A stretch of 64,000 nucleotides of DNA from Chloroflexia bacterium (GTDB lineage: Bacteria > Chloroflexota > Chloroflexia > Thermomicrobiales > UBA6265). Numbering within the stretch: the stretch's first letter is position 1; every line of letters begins with the position of its first letter. The stretch is taken from contig JBHWTK010000033.1 of the NCBI GenBank assembly GCA_043427975.1, forward strand, positions 77,502 through 141,501. The letters are read 5' to 3'. The position numbers and the translations under genes were made by a program. Below the pieces are notes generated by a model that was not told where the DNA came from, did no database searches, and worked only from the letters and a program-made list of their open reading frames with translations. Below are positions 36,427-46,733 of the stretch, piece after piece.

Positions 36427-37350
36427 TTAGGCCGGGGTCGGTTCTTCTTCGAAGTCTGGTCGCGGCAGGAACTCTGAGAGATCCGGCAGCGGGCACTGCA
36501 GCATCGAATCCAGCTCCGGCAGGGCATCCAGTGTGCCTTCCAGCCTGGCGAAACCTGCTGCGAGCACATTCCTGGCCAATACCATGGCCGTCACCGGACC
36601 GGTGCCACCTGGGGTAGGTGTGTAGGCCGAGGCGATTCCTTCCAGGCTTTCAACATCCGCATCGCCCACGACCTTGCCGCCCTCGGCGACGTTGACGCCG
36701 AAATCGAGAACCAGGGCGCCCTTGCGAATCATTTTGCCTGTGATCAGCCCCGGACTTCCTGCCGCCACGCAAACGATCTCTGCCCGGCGAACATGTTGTG
36801 CCAGGTTCCGGGTCCTGGTGTGGCACAGGGTTACGGTGGCATCCGCATGGGTGAGCATAGTTGCCAGTGGACGGCCCACCACATTGCTGCGACCTACAAC
36901 GGTGACGGGCGTGCCGGCGAGCTCGACGCCGTAATAGCGGAGGAGCTCCATGCCACCCGATGGAGTGCTTGGCTTGAGGCTTGGCAGACCAAGATGAAGG
37001 CGTCCCGAGTTCACCGGCGTAATCCCGTCCACATCTTTAAGCGGAGAGAGCGTTTCCAAAACAACGTGCGGATCAATATGTTGCGGCAGGGGCATCAGCA
37101 CCAGGATGCCAGTAATGTCGTCGTCGTTATTGAGCGCCTGGAGCGCCTTGCGGAACTCGCTACTACTGATCCCCTCATCCATTTCCAACTTCCGGTGCTC
37201 GATCTCCACTTTCTTGAAGGAACGTTCGATGGAAGCGCGATAGGCCAGCGCAGCAGGATCCCTGCCCACGAGGACGGTCGCGAGAACGGCACCCTGGCCT
37301 CGTTGCTGGCGATAGAGTTCCTTGGCTGAAATGATGGTTTCCCGGAGCAT
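36427..37350 (-). CDS. folD: bifunctional methylenetetrahydrofolate dehydrogenase/cyclohydrolase
   Basis: VLVGRDPAALAY, ILVLMPLP, DVDG and VVGRSNVVGRPLA blocks; start set at ATG 37350 (MLRETIIS); about 30-aa acidic/proline C-terminal extension. Confidence 0.85.
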   Translation of the reverse strand: MLRETIISAKELYRQQRGQGAVLATVLVGRDPAALAYRASIERSFKKVEIEHRKLEMDEGISSSEFRKALQALNNDDDITGILVLMPLPQHIDPHVVLETLSPLKDVDGITPVNSGRLHLGLPSLKPSTPSGGMELLRYYGVELAGTPVTVVGRSNVVGRPLATMLTHADATVTLCHTRTRNLAQHVRRAEIVCVAAGSPGLITGKMIRKGALVLDFGVNVAEGGKVVGDADVESLEGIASAYTPTPGGTGPVTAMVLARNVLAAGFARLEGTLDALPELDSMLQCPLPDLSEFLPRPDFEEEPTPA

Positions 37351-37696
37351 CTTCGCGGGTGGGGCACCCTTCAGTGCTCTCGTTTCAAATGTGGTCAATG
37401 CAGGAAGTCCTCTCGCAGTACTGGCGATCGGCCGGGGTAAGGACAGCAGCGATGGCAGGCGGCTTACCGGTCGGGGGCAGTATACCAAGCCCCTGGAGCC
37501 CTCAGGCGGGACGATGCACGGACACACGGCACGTTATAGCCCTCCCTTGTACGCCGGATATCAACAGTAATACCAGTGAAGCGACAGTTACCGACAGAGG
37601 TGAGTACTCGGTGACAGTGCCACTGTTAAGTTTGCGCTTTGGAACCCCGTTGTGGCACTGCCTGTGTGATTACTGTGCATAGTACGTACACAGGTA

Positions 37697-37725
37697 TTGA
37701 CATCTTGGCAACCGGGTAGTACTAT
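37697..37725 (+). promoter_or_regulatory. sigma-70-type promoter TTGACA-17 nt-TACTAT
   Basis: TTGACA at 37697-37702 and TACTAT at 37720-37725, about 100 nt upstream of the XRE regulator start. Confidence 0.55.
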
Positions 37726-37822
37726 CGGTTTGTCGGTGGTTGCAGCTCGTGACTAAACGGCAAGTGCTTGACGAGTGAACGAAATAGCGTGTCAGGTGGA
37801 CACGATAGAGGGTGGGGTAGTG

Positions 37823-38224
37823 ATGCAGGCAAACGATCAGTTCGGCGCGACGCTGAAGCGTTTTCGCGAGGTCCGCAGGGTTTCGCAAAGCAAGCTGGCA
37901 GAGCGTGCCGGGTTCGACCACAGCTATGTGAGCCGCCTGGAGAGTGGGGCGCGTACCCCAACCCGGGATGCAGTGCAGCAGTTGGCCGACGCACTTGAAC
38001 TGGAGCGTTTGCAGCAGGATGAACTCCTGGCTTCGGCCGGCTTCCTTCCTCAGGAAGTGTCCAGCTTGCTTTCGAGCGAGCCGGAAATCACCGACGTGCT
38101 AGCTCTGTTGCAGAACAGCTCCATGCCGGATGAGTACCGCCAATCGATGCGCCAGGTATTGCGCGTTATCGCCGACCAGGCTCGCCTGGTGCTGAAGGAA
38201 AGCGACCGCATTTCGGTCGCATAG
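37823..38224 (+). CDS. XRE family helix-turn-helix transcriptional regulator
   Basis: LKRFREVRRVSQSKLAERAGFDHSYVSRLESGARTPT; start at ATG 37823. Confidence 0.8.
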   Translation: MQANDQFGATLKRFREVRRVSQSKLAERAGFDHSYVSRLESGARTPTRDAVQQLADALELERLQQDELLASAGFLPQEVSSLLSSEPEITDVLALLQNSSMPDEYRQSMRQVLRVIADQARLVLKESDRISVA

Positions 38225-38300
38225 TTTCGAAACAGCCGCTATCCACCTGTGCGCCCCCGCCCACAGCGTGAAGCCAGGTAGGGGCTGTACGTACTACACT

Positions 38301-38340
38301 CCGGATGCACCTTCCGTTCACTGGTGCATCCGGGGTTTCG
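38301..38340 (+). terminator. 11-bp stem hairpin between the XRE gene and dnaE (terminator or attenuator)
   Basis: ccggatgcacc (38301-38311) pairs with ggtgcatccgg (38323-38333), followed by ggtttcg. Confidence 0.45.
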
Positions 38341-38360
38341 TACTTAAGGAAGATCTCGAC

Positions 38361-41300
38361 ATGCCAGAGTTTGCCCATTTACACCTCCATACCGAGTTCT
38401 CGCTGCTTGACGGCATGGGACGGATGAAGGATTACATCGCATCGGCGCAAGAAATGGGCATGCACCACATGGCGGTCACCGACCATGGCGTGATGTATGG
38501 CGCCATGGATTGGTACAAAACGGCAACGAGTGCCGGAATGCACCCGATTCTCGGCATGGAGGCATATCTTGCCGAGGGAGCCGCGTCGGAGAGCAACCGC
38601 AAGAATTACCACCTGCTCTTGCTGGCGGAAAATGAAACTGGGTATCGAAACCTGATTCGCTTGGCCAGCGAGGCGTCGCTCAAGGGCTTCTACTATCGCC
38701 CGCGTGTCGACCTGGATATGCTGCAGCGATACGGGTCGGGAGTCATTGCTACCTCGGCCTGCCTCGGCGGCCCGGTGGCGAACAACTTCCTCAACGACCA
38801 GGCCAACAAGGCCTACTACTATGCCAACACCCTCAGCGAGATCTTTGGCAAGGACCGCTTTTATATCGAAATCCAGGATCATGGGCTGCCTGAGCAGCAC
38901 ATGACCAACCGGATGATGATCCAGATGTCGAAGGAACTCGGCCTGCCGCTAGTGGCCACCAACGACGTCCACTACTGCAACCAGCACGACGCGCCGGCCC
39001 AGGACATCCTTATCTGTGTCGGTACCAGCACCACGATTAACGACCCCAAACGCCTGAAGCACGAGACTGACCAGTTCTACCTGAAGAGCCCTGCGGAGAT
39101 GGCCCGGCTGTTCCCTGATCATCCCGAGGCGTTGCAGAACACCATTCGCATTGCTGAAATGTGCAATGTCAATATCGAGTTCGGGGGTTATCAGCTGCCG
39201 AACTTTGAAACGCCAGGCGACATATCCCCTGAAGACTACTTGCGCCAGTTGTGCACCGAAGGGGTGATGCGGAAGTACGGGACGCTTGACGGCCAAATAG
39301 GTGAGCGGCTCGATTATGAACTCGGCGTTATCGCCAACATGGGGTTCACCAACTACTTCCTGATCGTGTGGGATTTTGTGAGCTTCGCCAAGCGCAACGG
39401 CATCCTGGTGGGCCCGGGCCGTGGCTCCGCCGCCAGCAGCATTGTGACGTACTCGCTCGACATCACGGGCCTGGATCCGCTTAAGTACAACCTCATGTTC
39501 GAGCGGTTCCTCAATCCGAGCCGCATCTCGATGCCAGATATTGATATCGATTTTGCCGACGACCGCCGGGGCGAAGTCATCGATTACGTGGTGCGAAAGT
39601 ACGGTGACGATCGTGTAGCCGGTATCGCGACGTTCGGAACCATGAAGGCCAAGGCGGCCATCAAGGACTGCGCCCGGGCGATGGATATACCTGTGTTCGA
39701 GGCGAATCGGATTGCCAAAATGATCCCTGCCGATATCGGTGTGACCATCGATAGCGCGCTCGAATCTGTTCCCGAGCTCAGCAAGGCATACAAGGAAGAG
39801 CCGGTCACGCGGGAACTTATCGATACAGCCAAGAAGGTTGAGGGCATCTCCCGCCACCCGGGCAAGCATGCCGCTGGCGTCGTCATCTCCCGCGATCCCT
39901 TGGTGGAGCATGTGCCGCTGCAGCTCACCGGGAAGGGGCGCACGGATGTCACTACCCAGTGGACTCAGACCCACCTGGAGGACCTGGGCCTGCTGAAGAT
40001 GGACTTCCTTGGCCTCAAGACACTCACGGTGCTTGGACGGGCGGTGGAACTGGCTCGGCAGGCGGGTTCGGATATCACGCTGGAGAGCATCCCCCTCGAA
40101 GACAAGAAGGCCTTCGAGCTGCTCCAGCGCGGCGATACCTTTGGTGTCTTCCAGTTAGAAGGTGGCATGACCACCCGCATGACGATCGATGTTCAGCCCG
40201 AGAGCTTCGAGGACATCATTGCGCTGATGGCGCTGATCCGGCCGGGTCCGATGGAACTTGCACCAGATTACATCGGACGGAAGCACGGTCGGCTTCCGAT
40301 CGAATACCCACACCCCTCCCTGGCGGACGTGCTGGAGGAGACGTACGGCGTTGCGCTCTACCAGGAACAGGTGATGCAGATCGCCAACGTCCTGGCCGGC
40401 TTCTCCATGGCGGAGGCCGATGGCCTCCGTAAGGCGATGGGCAAGAAGTTACCGGCTGTTATGGCCGAGTACAAGGATCGGTTCGTTGAAGGCGCAGCAG
40501 GGAAGGGCGTAAGCAAGAAGGACGCAAACAACGTTTGGGACCTGATTGAGAAGTTCGCCGGCTACGGGTTCGTGAAGTCACATAGCGCTGCCTATGGTGT
40601 GATTGCTGCCCAAACTGCGTACATGAAGGCCCACTATCCGGCCCAGTTCATGGCGGCATTGATGAGTACGGAAATCGAATCGTCAGAAAAGACGGTTATC
40701 AACGTAGCCGAGTGCATCAAGGCAGGTATCCCCGTACTGCCGCCAGATATCAATGCCAGTTTTGTGGACTTTACCGTGGAGACGATGGAGGACGGGACAC
40801 CGGCGGTGCGCTTCGGGCTGGCTGCAGTGAAGGGTGTTGGCAAGCATGCGCTTGAGAGCGTTATTGCCGCGAGGATGGAGAGGGAAGACAAGCGCTTCCC
40901 AACCCTGGACGCGTTCTGCGACTCGATCGACTGGACATCCGGTAACAAGAAAATGATCGAGTGCCTGGTCAAGGCAGGGGTGCTGGATAGCTACGGCCAT
41001 CGAGCGCAAGTCCTTGTTGGTATGGAGCAGTTGACATCATCGGCCCAGAAACGCCAGCGAGCAAAGAGCCGCGGCCAGATGGACATGTTTGGCCAACTCA
41101 TTGCCGATAGTGGAGCCGAAGAAACCGGCACCGTGTTGCCGGACGTGATGGAAGCGGACCAGCGTCAAATCCTGGAGTGGGAAAAGGAAGTGCTGGGCAT
41201 CTATCTCAGTAGCCATCCGCTCAAGGAGGTTATCGGCACTGATCTTCCATACGGGTTCCACAACATTGCGTCCATCGCCGGCATGGGCTCAAACCACATG

Positions 41301-41840
41301 GTGAAGCTCATCGGTATGGTGAAGTCGGTCCGCCGCGTTACAACCAAGACCAACAAGACAATGGCAGTAATGGAAGTGGAGGACCTCACCGGGAGCATAG
41401 AGGTCGTGGTGTTCCCGAAGAAATATGAGGAGTTTGGAGCGCTGCTCGAGCCAGACGTAATCCTGGTTGTCGAAGCGAAGGTCGATGAGCGAGGTGACCA
41501 GAACCAGTTGCTGTTGGAGTCGCTTTCACAGAATATCCCCGGCAGGATCGAAAAGGCCCCAGAGCGCGACACGGTGGTCGTATGCGTTCCGCTCACCGGA
41601 GAACAGTGGAGCGACGTCGATTTGCTCCATCGGCTTGACGACACAACGTCGGAATTCGCTGGCGAGCACCCACTGGAGCTGCTGGTAACGATTGGCGACG
41701 AGTCGCGGGTGTTCAGATCGCGGAGCAAGCGCGTGGAGTGGTCGGCAGCGTTCGTCGAAGCAGTCGAGGAAATAACGGGCACCGGAAGCGTACGCATCCG
41801 GGCCACGACGCCTGAGGCGACATATCCCATAGGCGATTAG
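38361..41840 (+). CDS. dnaE: DNA polymerase III alpha subunit
   Basis: PHP domain start MPEFAHLHLHTEFSLLDG and polymerase core blocks (GPGRGSAASS, PDIDIDF); 1159 aa from ATG 38361. Confidence 0.95.
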   Translation: MPEFAHLHLHTEFSLLDGMGRMKDYIASAQEMGMHHMAVTDHGVMYGAMDWYKTATSAGMHPILGMEAYLAEGAASESNRKNYHLLLLAENETGYRNLIRLASEASLKGFYYRPRVDLDMLQRYGSGVIATSACLGGPVANNFLNDQANKAYYYANTLSEIFGKDRFYIEIQDHGLPEQHMTNRMMIQMSKELGLPLVATNDVHYCNQHDAPAQDILICVGTSTTINDPKRLKHETDQFYLKSPAEMARLFPDHPEALQNTIRIAEMCNVNIEFGGYQLPNFETPGDISPEDYLRQLCTEGVMRKYGTLDGQIGERLDYELGVIANMGFTNYFLIVWDFVSFAKRNGILVGPGRGSAASSIVTYSLDITGLDPLKYNLMFERFLNPSRISMPDIDIDFADDRRGEVIDYVVRKYGDDRVAGIATFGTMKAKAAIKDCARAMDIPVFEANRIAKMIPADIGVTIDSALESVPELSKAYKEEPVTRELIDTAKKVEGISRHPGKHAAGVVISRDPLVEHVPLQLTGKGRTDVTTQWTQTHLEDLGLLKMDFLGLKTLTVLGRAVELARQAGSDITLESIPLEDKKAFELLQRGDTFGVFQLEGGMTTRMTIDVQPESFEDIIALMALIRPGPMELAPDYIGRKHGRLPIEYPHPSLADVLEETYGVALYQEQVMQIANVLAGFSMAEADGLRKAMGKKLPAVMAEYKDRFVEGAAGKGVSKKDANNVWDLIEKFAGYGFVKSHSAAYGVIAAQTAYMKAHYPAQFMAALMSTEIESSEKTVINVAECIKAGIPVLPPDINASFVDFTVETMEDGTPAVRFGLAAVKGVGKHALESVIAARMEREDKRFPTLDAFCDSIDWTSGNKKMIECLVKAGVLDSYGHRAQVLVGMEQLTSSAQKRQRAKSRGQMDMFGQLIADSGAEETGTVLPDVMEADQRQILEWEKEVLGIYLSSHPLKEVIGTDLPYGFHNIASIAGMGSNHMVKLIGMVKSVRRVTTKTNKTMAVMEVEDLTGSIEVVVFPKKYEEFGALLEPDVILVVEAKVDERGDQNQLLLESLSQNIPGRIEKAPERDTVVVCVPLTGEQWSDVDLLHRLDDTTSEFAGEHPLELLVTIGDESRVFRSRSKRVEWSAAFVEAVEEITGTGSVRIRATTPEATYPIGD

Positions 41841-41867
41841 CCCGATCTTGAAATCGCCGCCAGAGAC

Positions 41868-43112
41868 TCAGGCACGGTCGAGCTGACGGCGCACCGCCCG
41901 GTGCGCCACGCCGGAATCGCGGGTCGTCAGGATGACGAGGACATTGCGCGGACGCAGCGCTCCGAACGCGCGGTTAATCGCCTTGCGTTCGGTGGGGAGG
42001 ATGCTAAGGAGGGGCGGGTACTCATTGCTGGCCAAGCCCCGTTTGAACTCGGCCAGACGGTCGTCCTCCTGTTCACCGTGGAGCACGATGGCACCTCGGT
42101 AGCGGCCCAACAGCTTGCCGACGTCGTGAACCTCATCACGTTCGATCCAGGATAGATCCCCGACCACTGTTATCTGTCGCCGGTCCATCTCCGGATTAAG
42201 CACCTTCAGGACATCGCGCAGGATCCAGTGCGGGGCAAGCTGATCAATCACTACACTGGCTTCATGGTAGGTGTAGTGGTTCATGGATGCCGGCAGGATC
42301 TCCCATGCGGCACGAAACTGCCGGAACTGCCGCCGGATCAGGTGAAGGTCCACCCCAATCGCATGGAGTGCCCCCAACGCCAGTAGCACGTTCTTGACGT
42401 TGAACGAAGCCTCCCCATCGAAGGTGATTGGGAAATCGCGAACGTTTCCAAACCGTGCGGCCGACCTCTCATTGCCTACGTAAATGACCCCGTTCTTCAC
42501 CCACACACCGGACCCGTTGTTGTGCAGGTGGGCTTTCATATTCGGTGATTCAATCGACTGGGACACCAGGATTACCGACGCGTCCGCGTCCTCAAGGGCA
42601 TCAACGACATAATGGTCGTCCCCGTTAGCGACGATAATTCCGTCGTGGTGAGTGGCGGCAATGCACTTGATCGAGCTCCCCAGACCCAACTGGAAACGGC
42701 TCGATTTCCCCAGCGGTTCGGATGTCTCGCGTAGTCCTGTATGCACCATGACGGGATACATGCCCGTAGGTAGACCAGCTACGCTCACCGCGGCCCAGTC
42801 CAGTTCCTGCAGTGCCACGTCCAGATGGCCCTCGGCCAGGCCTTGCATGGCGCGGCTCCAGCCAGCAAGTTCCGCCCTCTGGTGCCGGCCGCGTATCTGC
42901 ACTCCCATATCGGTCCAGGTCGCCGTCTTGAAGCGCATGGCGTTCAATACGGATTCGATAAGACGAAGCACGGTGCTTTTGCCCCGCGTACCCGCGACGC
43001 CTATGAGGGGTACCAACTGCTTTCGGAGGGTCTCGCTTTGCCACGCCCGTGCATTCGGAAAGAGGAAGCTCGCTGGTTCGCGGTCGTGAAGGATATCAGG
43101 GGTCAGGATCAT
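41868..43112 (-). CDS. Mur ligase family-like protein (divergent)
   Basis: P-loop IGVAGTRGKSTV typical of Mur ligase/cyanophycin synthetase-type ATP sites; otherwise divergent. Confidence 0.5.
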   Translation of the reverse strand: MILTPDILHDREPASFLFPNARAWQSETLRKQLVPLIGVAGTRGKSTVLRLIESVLNAMRFKTATWTDMGVQIRGRHQRAELAGWSRAMQGLAEGHLDVALQELDWAAVSVAGLPTGMYPVMVHTGLRETSEPLGKSSRFQLGLGSSIKCIAATHHDGIIVANGDDHYVVDALEDADASVILVSQSIESPNMKAHLHNNGSGVWVKNGVIYVGNERSAARFGNVRDFPITFDGEASFNVKNVLLALGALHAIGVDLHLIRRQFRQFRAAWEILPASMNHYTYHEASVVIDQLAPHWILRDVLKVLNPEMDRRQITVVGDLSWIERDEVHDVGKLLGRYRGAIVLHGEQEDDRLAEFKRGLASNEYPPLLSILPTERKAINRAFGALRPRNVLVILTTRDSGVAHRAVRRQLDRA

Positions 43113-43732
43113 AGCGTCCCTCCCTTCGCATTAATGTGCTCCAGCAGTACCGGCACAGCCTGACGCATGGCGTGGCCGCGGTGGCTCACCGCGTTCTTTT
43201 CATCGGGCTCGAGTTCAGCCATCGTGCGCCCGTTGGGAAGATAAAAGAGCGGGTCGTAGCCGAACCCCCCGGTTCCCTTCGGCTCGAAACCAACGGCTCC
43301 CTCGCAGGTGCCCTCGAATACCAGCAGCGTTTCACGATCCAGCCGGATGGCAATCGCGCTCCGAAATCGCGCCGACCTGAGACCTTCGGGAACTTGGGCG
43401 AGTTCCGCCAGGAGCTTTTCGTTATTCTCGGCGTCGGTAGCATCGGGGCCCGCAAAGCGGGCTGAATAGACGCCAGGTCGACCATCGAGCGCGTCTACCT
43501 CAAGGCCGCTGTCATCGGCAAGTGTCATATGTCCGGTTTGCTCGAAAGCTGCATCAGCCTTAAGCGTGGCATTGTCGGCGAAGGACGTTCCTGTTTCCTC
43601 CGGCATGGTAATTCCCATTTCAATGGCGGAGACCACATGTACGGAATCACCAAGGAGTTGCTGAAGTTCTGCCAACTTGCCCCGATTGGCGGAGGCAAGC
43701 ACTACGGTCATCGGCGGGTGTTGGTTAGTCAT
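43109..43732 (-). CDS. rdgB: non-canonical purine NTP pyrophosphatase (RdgB/HAM1)
   Basis: VLASANRGKLAE, FGYDPLF, SHRGHA blocks. Confidence 0.9.
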   Translation of the reverse strand: MTNQHPPMTVVLASANRGKLAELQQLLGDSVHVVSAIEMGITMPEETGTSFADNATLKADAAFEQTGHMTLADDSGLEVDALDGRPGVYSARFAGPDATDAENNEKLLAELAQVPEGLRSARFRSAIAIRLDRETLLVFEGTCEGAVGFEPKGTGGFGYDPLFYLPNGRTMAELEPDEKNAVSHRGHAMRQAVPVLLEHINAKGGTL

Positions 43733-44525
43733 TCATATGTCCAAAAACGCGCTCGGCATTCGTCGTTGCTTGCGCGGCGAGGGTAGCGGGATCGGTCCCC
43801 AGAGCGTCGGCCATCATGGTGGCGATCGTTGCAATATGGGCTGGCTGGTTCCGCCTGTCTTTTTGCCGGGCCGGCACCAGGTATGGTGAATCTGTTTCAA
43901 GCAGAATCCGTTCCATTGGCACATTGGTCAAGAGGGACCGCAATTCACCTGAACTCTGCCGCGTGGCCAGCCCGCCGATTCCCACATAACTCCCGGTCTG
44001 CAGCATGAAATCCATGAGCCGCTGGTTACCGTCGAAGGAGTGGAAAATCAGTGTAGGCAAGGTGCGACCGTCTGAAAGCACCTCAAGAATCTCGTCATCA
44101 GCAGATCGCATATGGATCACGACTGGGAGACCAAGTTCGAGGGCGATATCGAGTTGGCCGCGGAACGCCCGCGCCTGTACTTCATAGGGGGCGTTATCGC
44201 GGAAAAAATCCAGCCCTGCTTCGCCGACGCCACATGCGCCCGATTCTTCGAGCATGCGCCGCAGCCGTTCACCCACCGCATCGGTCCAAATATGCGCACA
44301 CGCCGGGTGAACACCCAGCGTGTGCGACATGCCCTGGTGATGGCTCGCCATCTCGATCGCCTGTTTCCAGCGGTCGGGATCGTAGCCGATAAGAATCCAA
44401 CGGGTGACGTTCGCGTCGCGGCTCCGCTGGAGCACCTCATGGAGGTCGTGGGCGAACTGGTGGTCGTCCAGGTGGCAGTGTGTATCGATCATCGGCGGCA
44501 GTGCCGATGGGTGTGAATTAATCAT
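43725..44525 (-). CDS. tatD: TatD family metal-dependent hydrolase
   Basis: IDTHCHLD N-terminal motif, ETDSPYL block. Confidence 0.85.
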   Translation of the reverse strand: MINSHPSALPPMIDTHCHLDDHQFAHDLHEVLQRSRDANVTRWILIGYDPDRWKQAIEMASHHQGMSHTLGVHPACAHIWTDAVGERLRRMLEESGACGVGEAGLDFFRDNAPYEVQARAFRGQLDIALELGLPVVIHMRSADDEILEVLSDGRTLPTLIFHSFDGNQRLMDFMLQTGSYVGIGGLATRQSSGELRSLLTNVPMERILLETDSPYLVPARQKDRRNQPAHIATIATMMADALGTDPATLAAQATTNAERVFGHMND

Positions 44526-44559
44526 GCCTCGATTGTACTATCCGACCGCTGGTGCCGGT

Positions 44560-46299
44560 TTAACGGACCGTGACGCTCTTGGCGAGATTCCTCGGGAAAT
44601 CGGGATCCACCCCCCGCGCCAGAGCAATGTGGAAGGCGAGCACCTGTGACGCCACCAGGTGAACAAGACTCGCGGAGCCTCCGGAAGAGGAGAGCGGCAC
44701 AGCTACAGAGCACTCATTCGGGTCGAATTCACCCATCGCTACAACATAACCGCCGCGGCACATTACCTCAGCGGCGGCAATCCTGGCGGATTGCAGTTCC
44801 TCGGCTGTGGTTGCAAACACCAAACACGGGGTTCCCTGCTGAACAAGTGCCAGCGGGCCGTGCTTCAGTTCGCCAGAGAGGAATGCCTCGGCATGAAGGT
44901 ATGAGCCTTCCTTGATCTTGAGGGCTGCTTCCTGAGCCACCGCGCGACCTGCGCCCTTTCCGAGCACGATCATCGAATCCTGCATGGCAATTGCGTTGGC
45001 AATCCGGGGGAGCTCCGGATTTGTGAGGACTGCGTCAATCGCTCGCGTGGTCTCATCGAGGTCGCTGTCGTTCTCGGGATCGAGCCAGGCGGACGTCTGG
45101 ATCAGCCGGATAGCCATGGCCAAGAATGACTTGGTTGCGAGAACGCTGCGCTCAACACCGGCCTTGATCGGCACAACAATATCGGCGAGGCTGGCCACAG
45201 TGGAGGTCTCAGTGTTGATGATCGTCGCGATAGTCGCATCCCACCGCCTTGCGAGCTGGATTGCATCGACCACATCGGCGGTCTCACCGCTCTGGGTCAG
45301 GGCGATCACCAATGTATCGGTGCCAAGGTGCCGGGTAGAGTCGCTGATTTCCGATGCGGGAACGACATCCACCCAGGCATCCGTTGCCTGCTGGAGCCAG
45401 GTTGCACCCAGTGAAGCCGCGTACAGGGCAGAACCGCAACCTGTGAGAAGCACATGCTTCGCCTTCTGAACAGCCTGTGCAAGGGGGGATACATCGGCCG
45501 CGCAGGCCGCCAATATCCGCGCTACTTCCGGCTGGTCATGGATCTCCTTGAGGGTGAAGTGGCTGAACTCCCCTCGGCTGGAGTGCATCTCCTCCGGTGT
45601 CGGTTGCCAGGAGATCGCCACTTCAGAACCGGCATGGAGATCAACCAGCTGGGCGGTATCAGGGGTGAGGATGACGAGATGATGGTCCGGTATAACGGCG
45701 ATTTCGTGCGAACTCTTCGCAAACGCCAGTGGGTCGGATGCCAGCTCCCACCCGTCCGTGCGTCGTCCCAGCCGCAGCGGCGAGCGGGCTGTAACGGCAA
45801 CCATCACATTGCTCGTCCGGTCCATGGCGAGGACAGCCGAACTGCCCTCGAGCATGAGGAACGTCCGTCGTACGGCCTCGGTGAAGGACGCACCCCGGTC
45901 GAGGTACATTCGGATGAGGTGGGGAACGATCTCGGAATCAGTTTCGGACCGGAATGGTACGTCCGGCAGGTAGGTCGCTTTCAACTCGGCAGCGTTCTCG
46001 ATCACGCCGTTGTGCACCACCGCGAGCTGTCCGGCTTCGTCCGTATGGGGATGGGCATTGGTATCCGTGACTCCACCATGTGTTGCCCAGCGGGTATGAC
46101 CTATCGCAATGCTTGCGGTGACATCCTCGGCCAACTCCTGGGGAACGCGCCCGGCACGCTTCACCAGTTGAACCCGCGTGCCTTCATCCCAGCCGATACC
46201 CCAGCTATCGTAGCCGCGGTACTCCATCACACGAAGCGCATTTGCCACCATGGGGATCACTGCCGTCGGTTTGCCAACGTACCCGAAAACTCCACACAT
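44560..46299 (-). CDS. glmS: glutamine--fructose-6-phosphate aminotransferase (isomerising)
   Basis: N-terminal MCGVFGY Ntn-amidotransferase start, two SIS domains, C-terminal PRNLAKSVTV. Confidence 0.9.
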   Translation of the reverse strand: MCGVFGYVGKPTAVIPMVANALRVMEYRGYDSWGIGWDEGTRVQLVKRAGRVPQELAEDVTASIAIGHTRWATHGGVTDTNAHPHTDEAGQLAVVHNGVIENAAELKATYLPDVPFRSETDSEIVPHLIRMYLDRGASFTEAVRRTFLMLEGSSAVLAMDRTSNVMVAVTARSPLRLGRRTDGWELASDPLAFAKSSHEIAVIPDHHLVILTPDTAQLVDLHAGSEVAISWQPTPEEMHSSRGEFSHFTLKEIHDQPEVARILAACAADVSPLAQAVQKAKHVLLTGCGSALYAASLGATWLQQATDAWVDVVPASEISDSTRHLGTDTLVIALTQSGETADVVDAIQLARRWDATIATIINTETSTVASLADIVVPIKAGVERSVLATKSFLAMAIRLIQTSAWLDPENDSDLDETTRAIDAVLTNPELPRIANAIAMQDSMIVLGKGAGRAVAQEAALKIKEGSYLHAEAFLSGELKHGPLALVQQGTPCLVFATTAEELQSARIAAAEVMCRGGYVVAMGEFDPNECSVAVPLSSSGGSASLVHLVASQVLAFHIALARGVDPDFPRNLAKSVTVR

Positions 46300-46444
46300 A
46301 ACTCACTCCTCAATGCGTGCGGGACAATGACCCGGCGCTGCCGCTCCCATTGGGGCGCAGTGGCAGAAAAAGCAGGCATTTCCCATTCAGTTGGATCAGG
46401 AGAGTTTCCAGAGGAGTGAGGCGAGGCCTCGTGCACGCTGGAGT

Positions 46445-46577
46445 GGCGTTGTCGGGTTGTTACCAACCCGGTTTGACCACTGCATATCGACTGTGCGGCC
46501 GGGGGATCATCCGCCGATACTTTCGATAAATCCCCACCTCGTCGACCTTTTCGACCAAGAAAAGGCCCTGGCGCTGT
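46445..46577 (-). ncRNA. glmS ribozyme (GlcN6P-dependent self-cleaving riboswitch)
   Basis: Minus strand reads AGCGCCAGGGCC...GGUCGACGAGGUGGGGAUUUAUCGAAAGUAUCGGCGGAUGAUCCCCCGGCC..., matching the conserved core AGCGCCAG...GACGAGG..AUUAUCGAA..UCGGCGGAUG..CCCGGC; located in the glmS leader. Confidence 0.85.
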
Positions 46578-46733
46578 AAAACGGAATCGTCCCTCTGTAG
46601 ATTCTCGTACGTACAATGCTACAACCTCCAGTGCCTGCCCGGCAAGCATGCGTTCACCGTATACTGGAAGCGTCAAATCGCCCTCGGAAGGCGGGCGAAA
46701 TATCCTCAGCTTGTATCCCACATGGAGTAGCTC

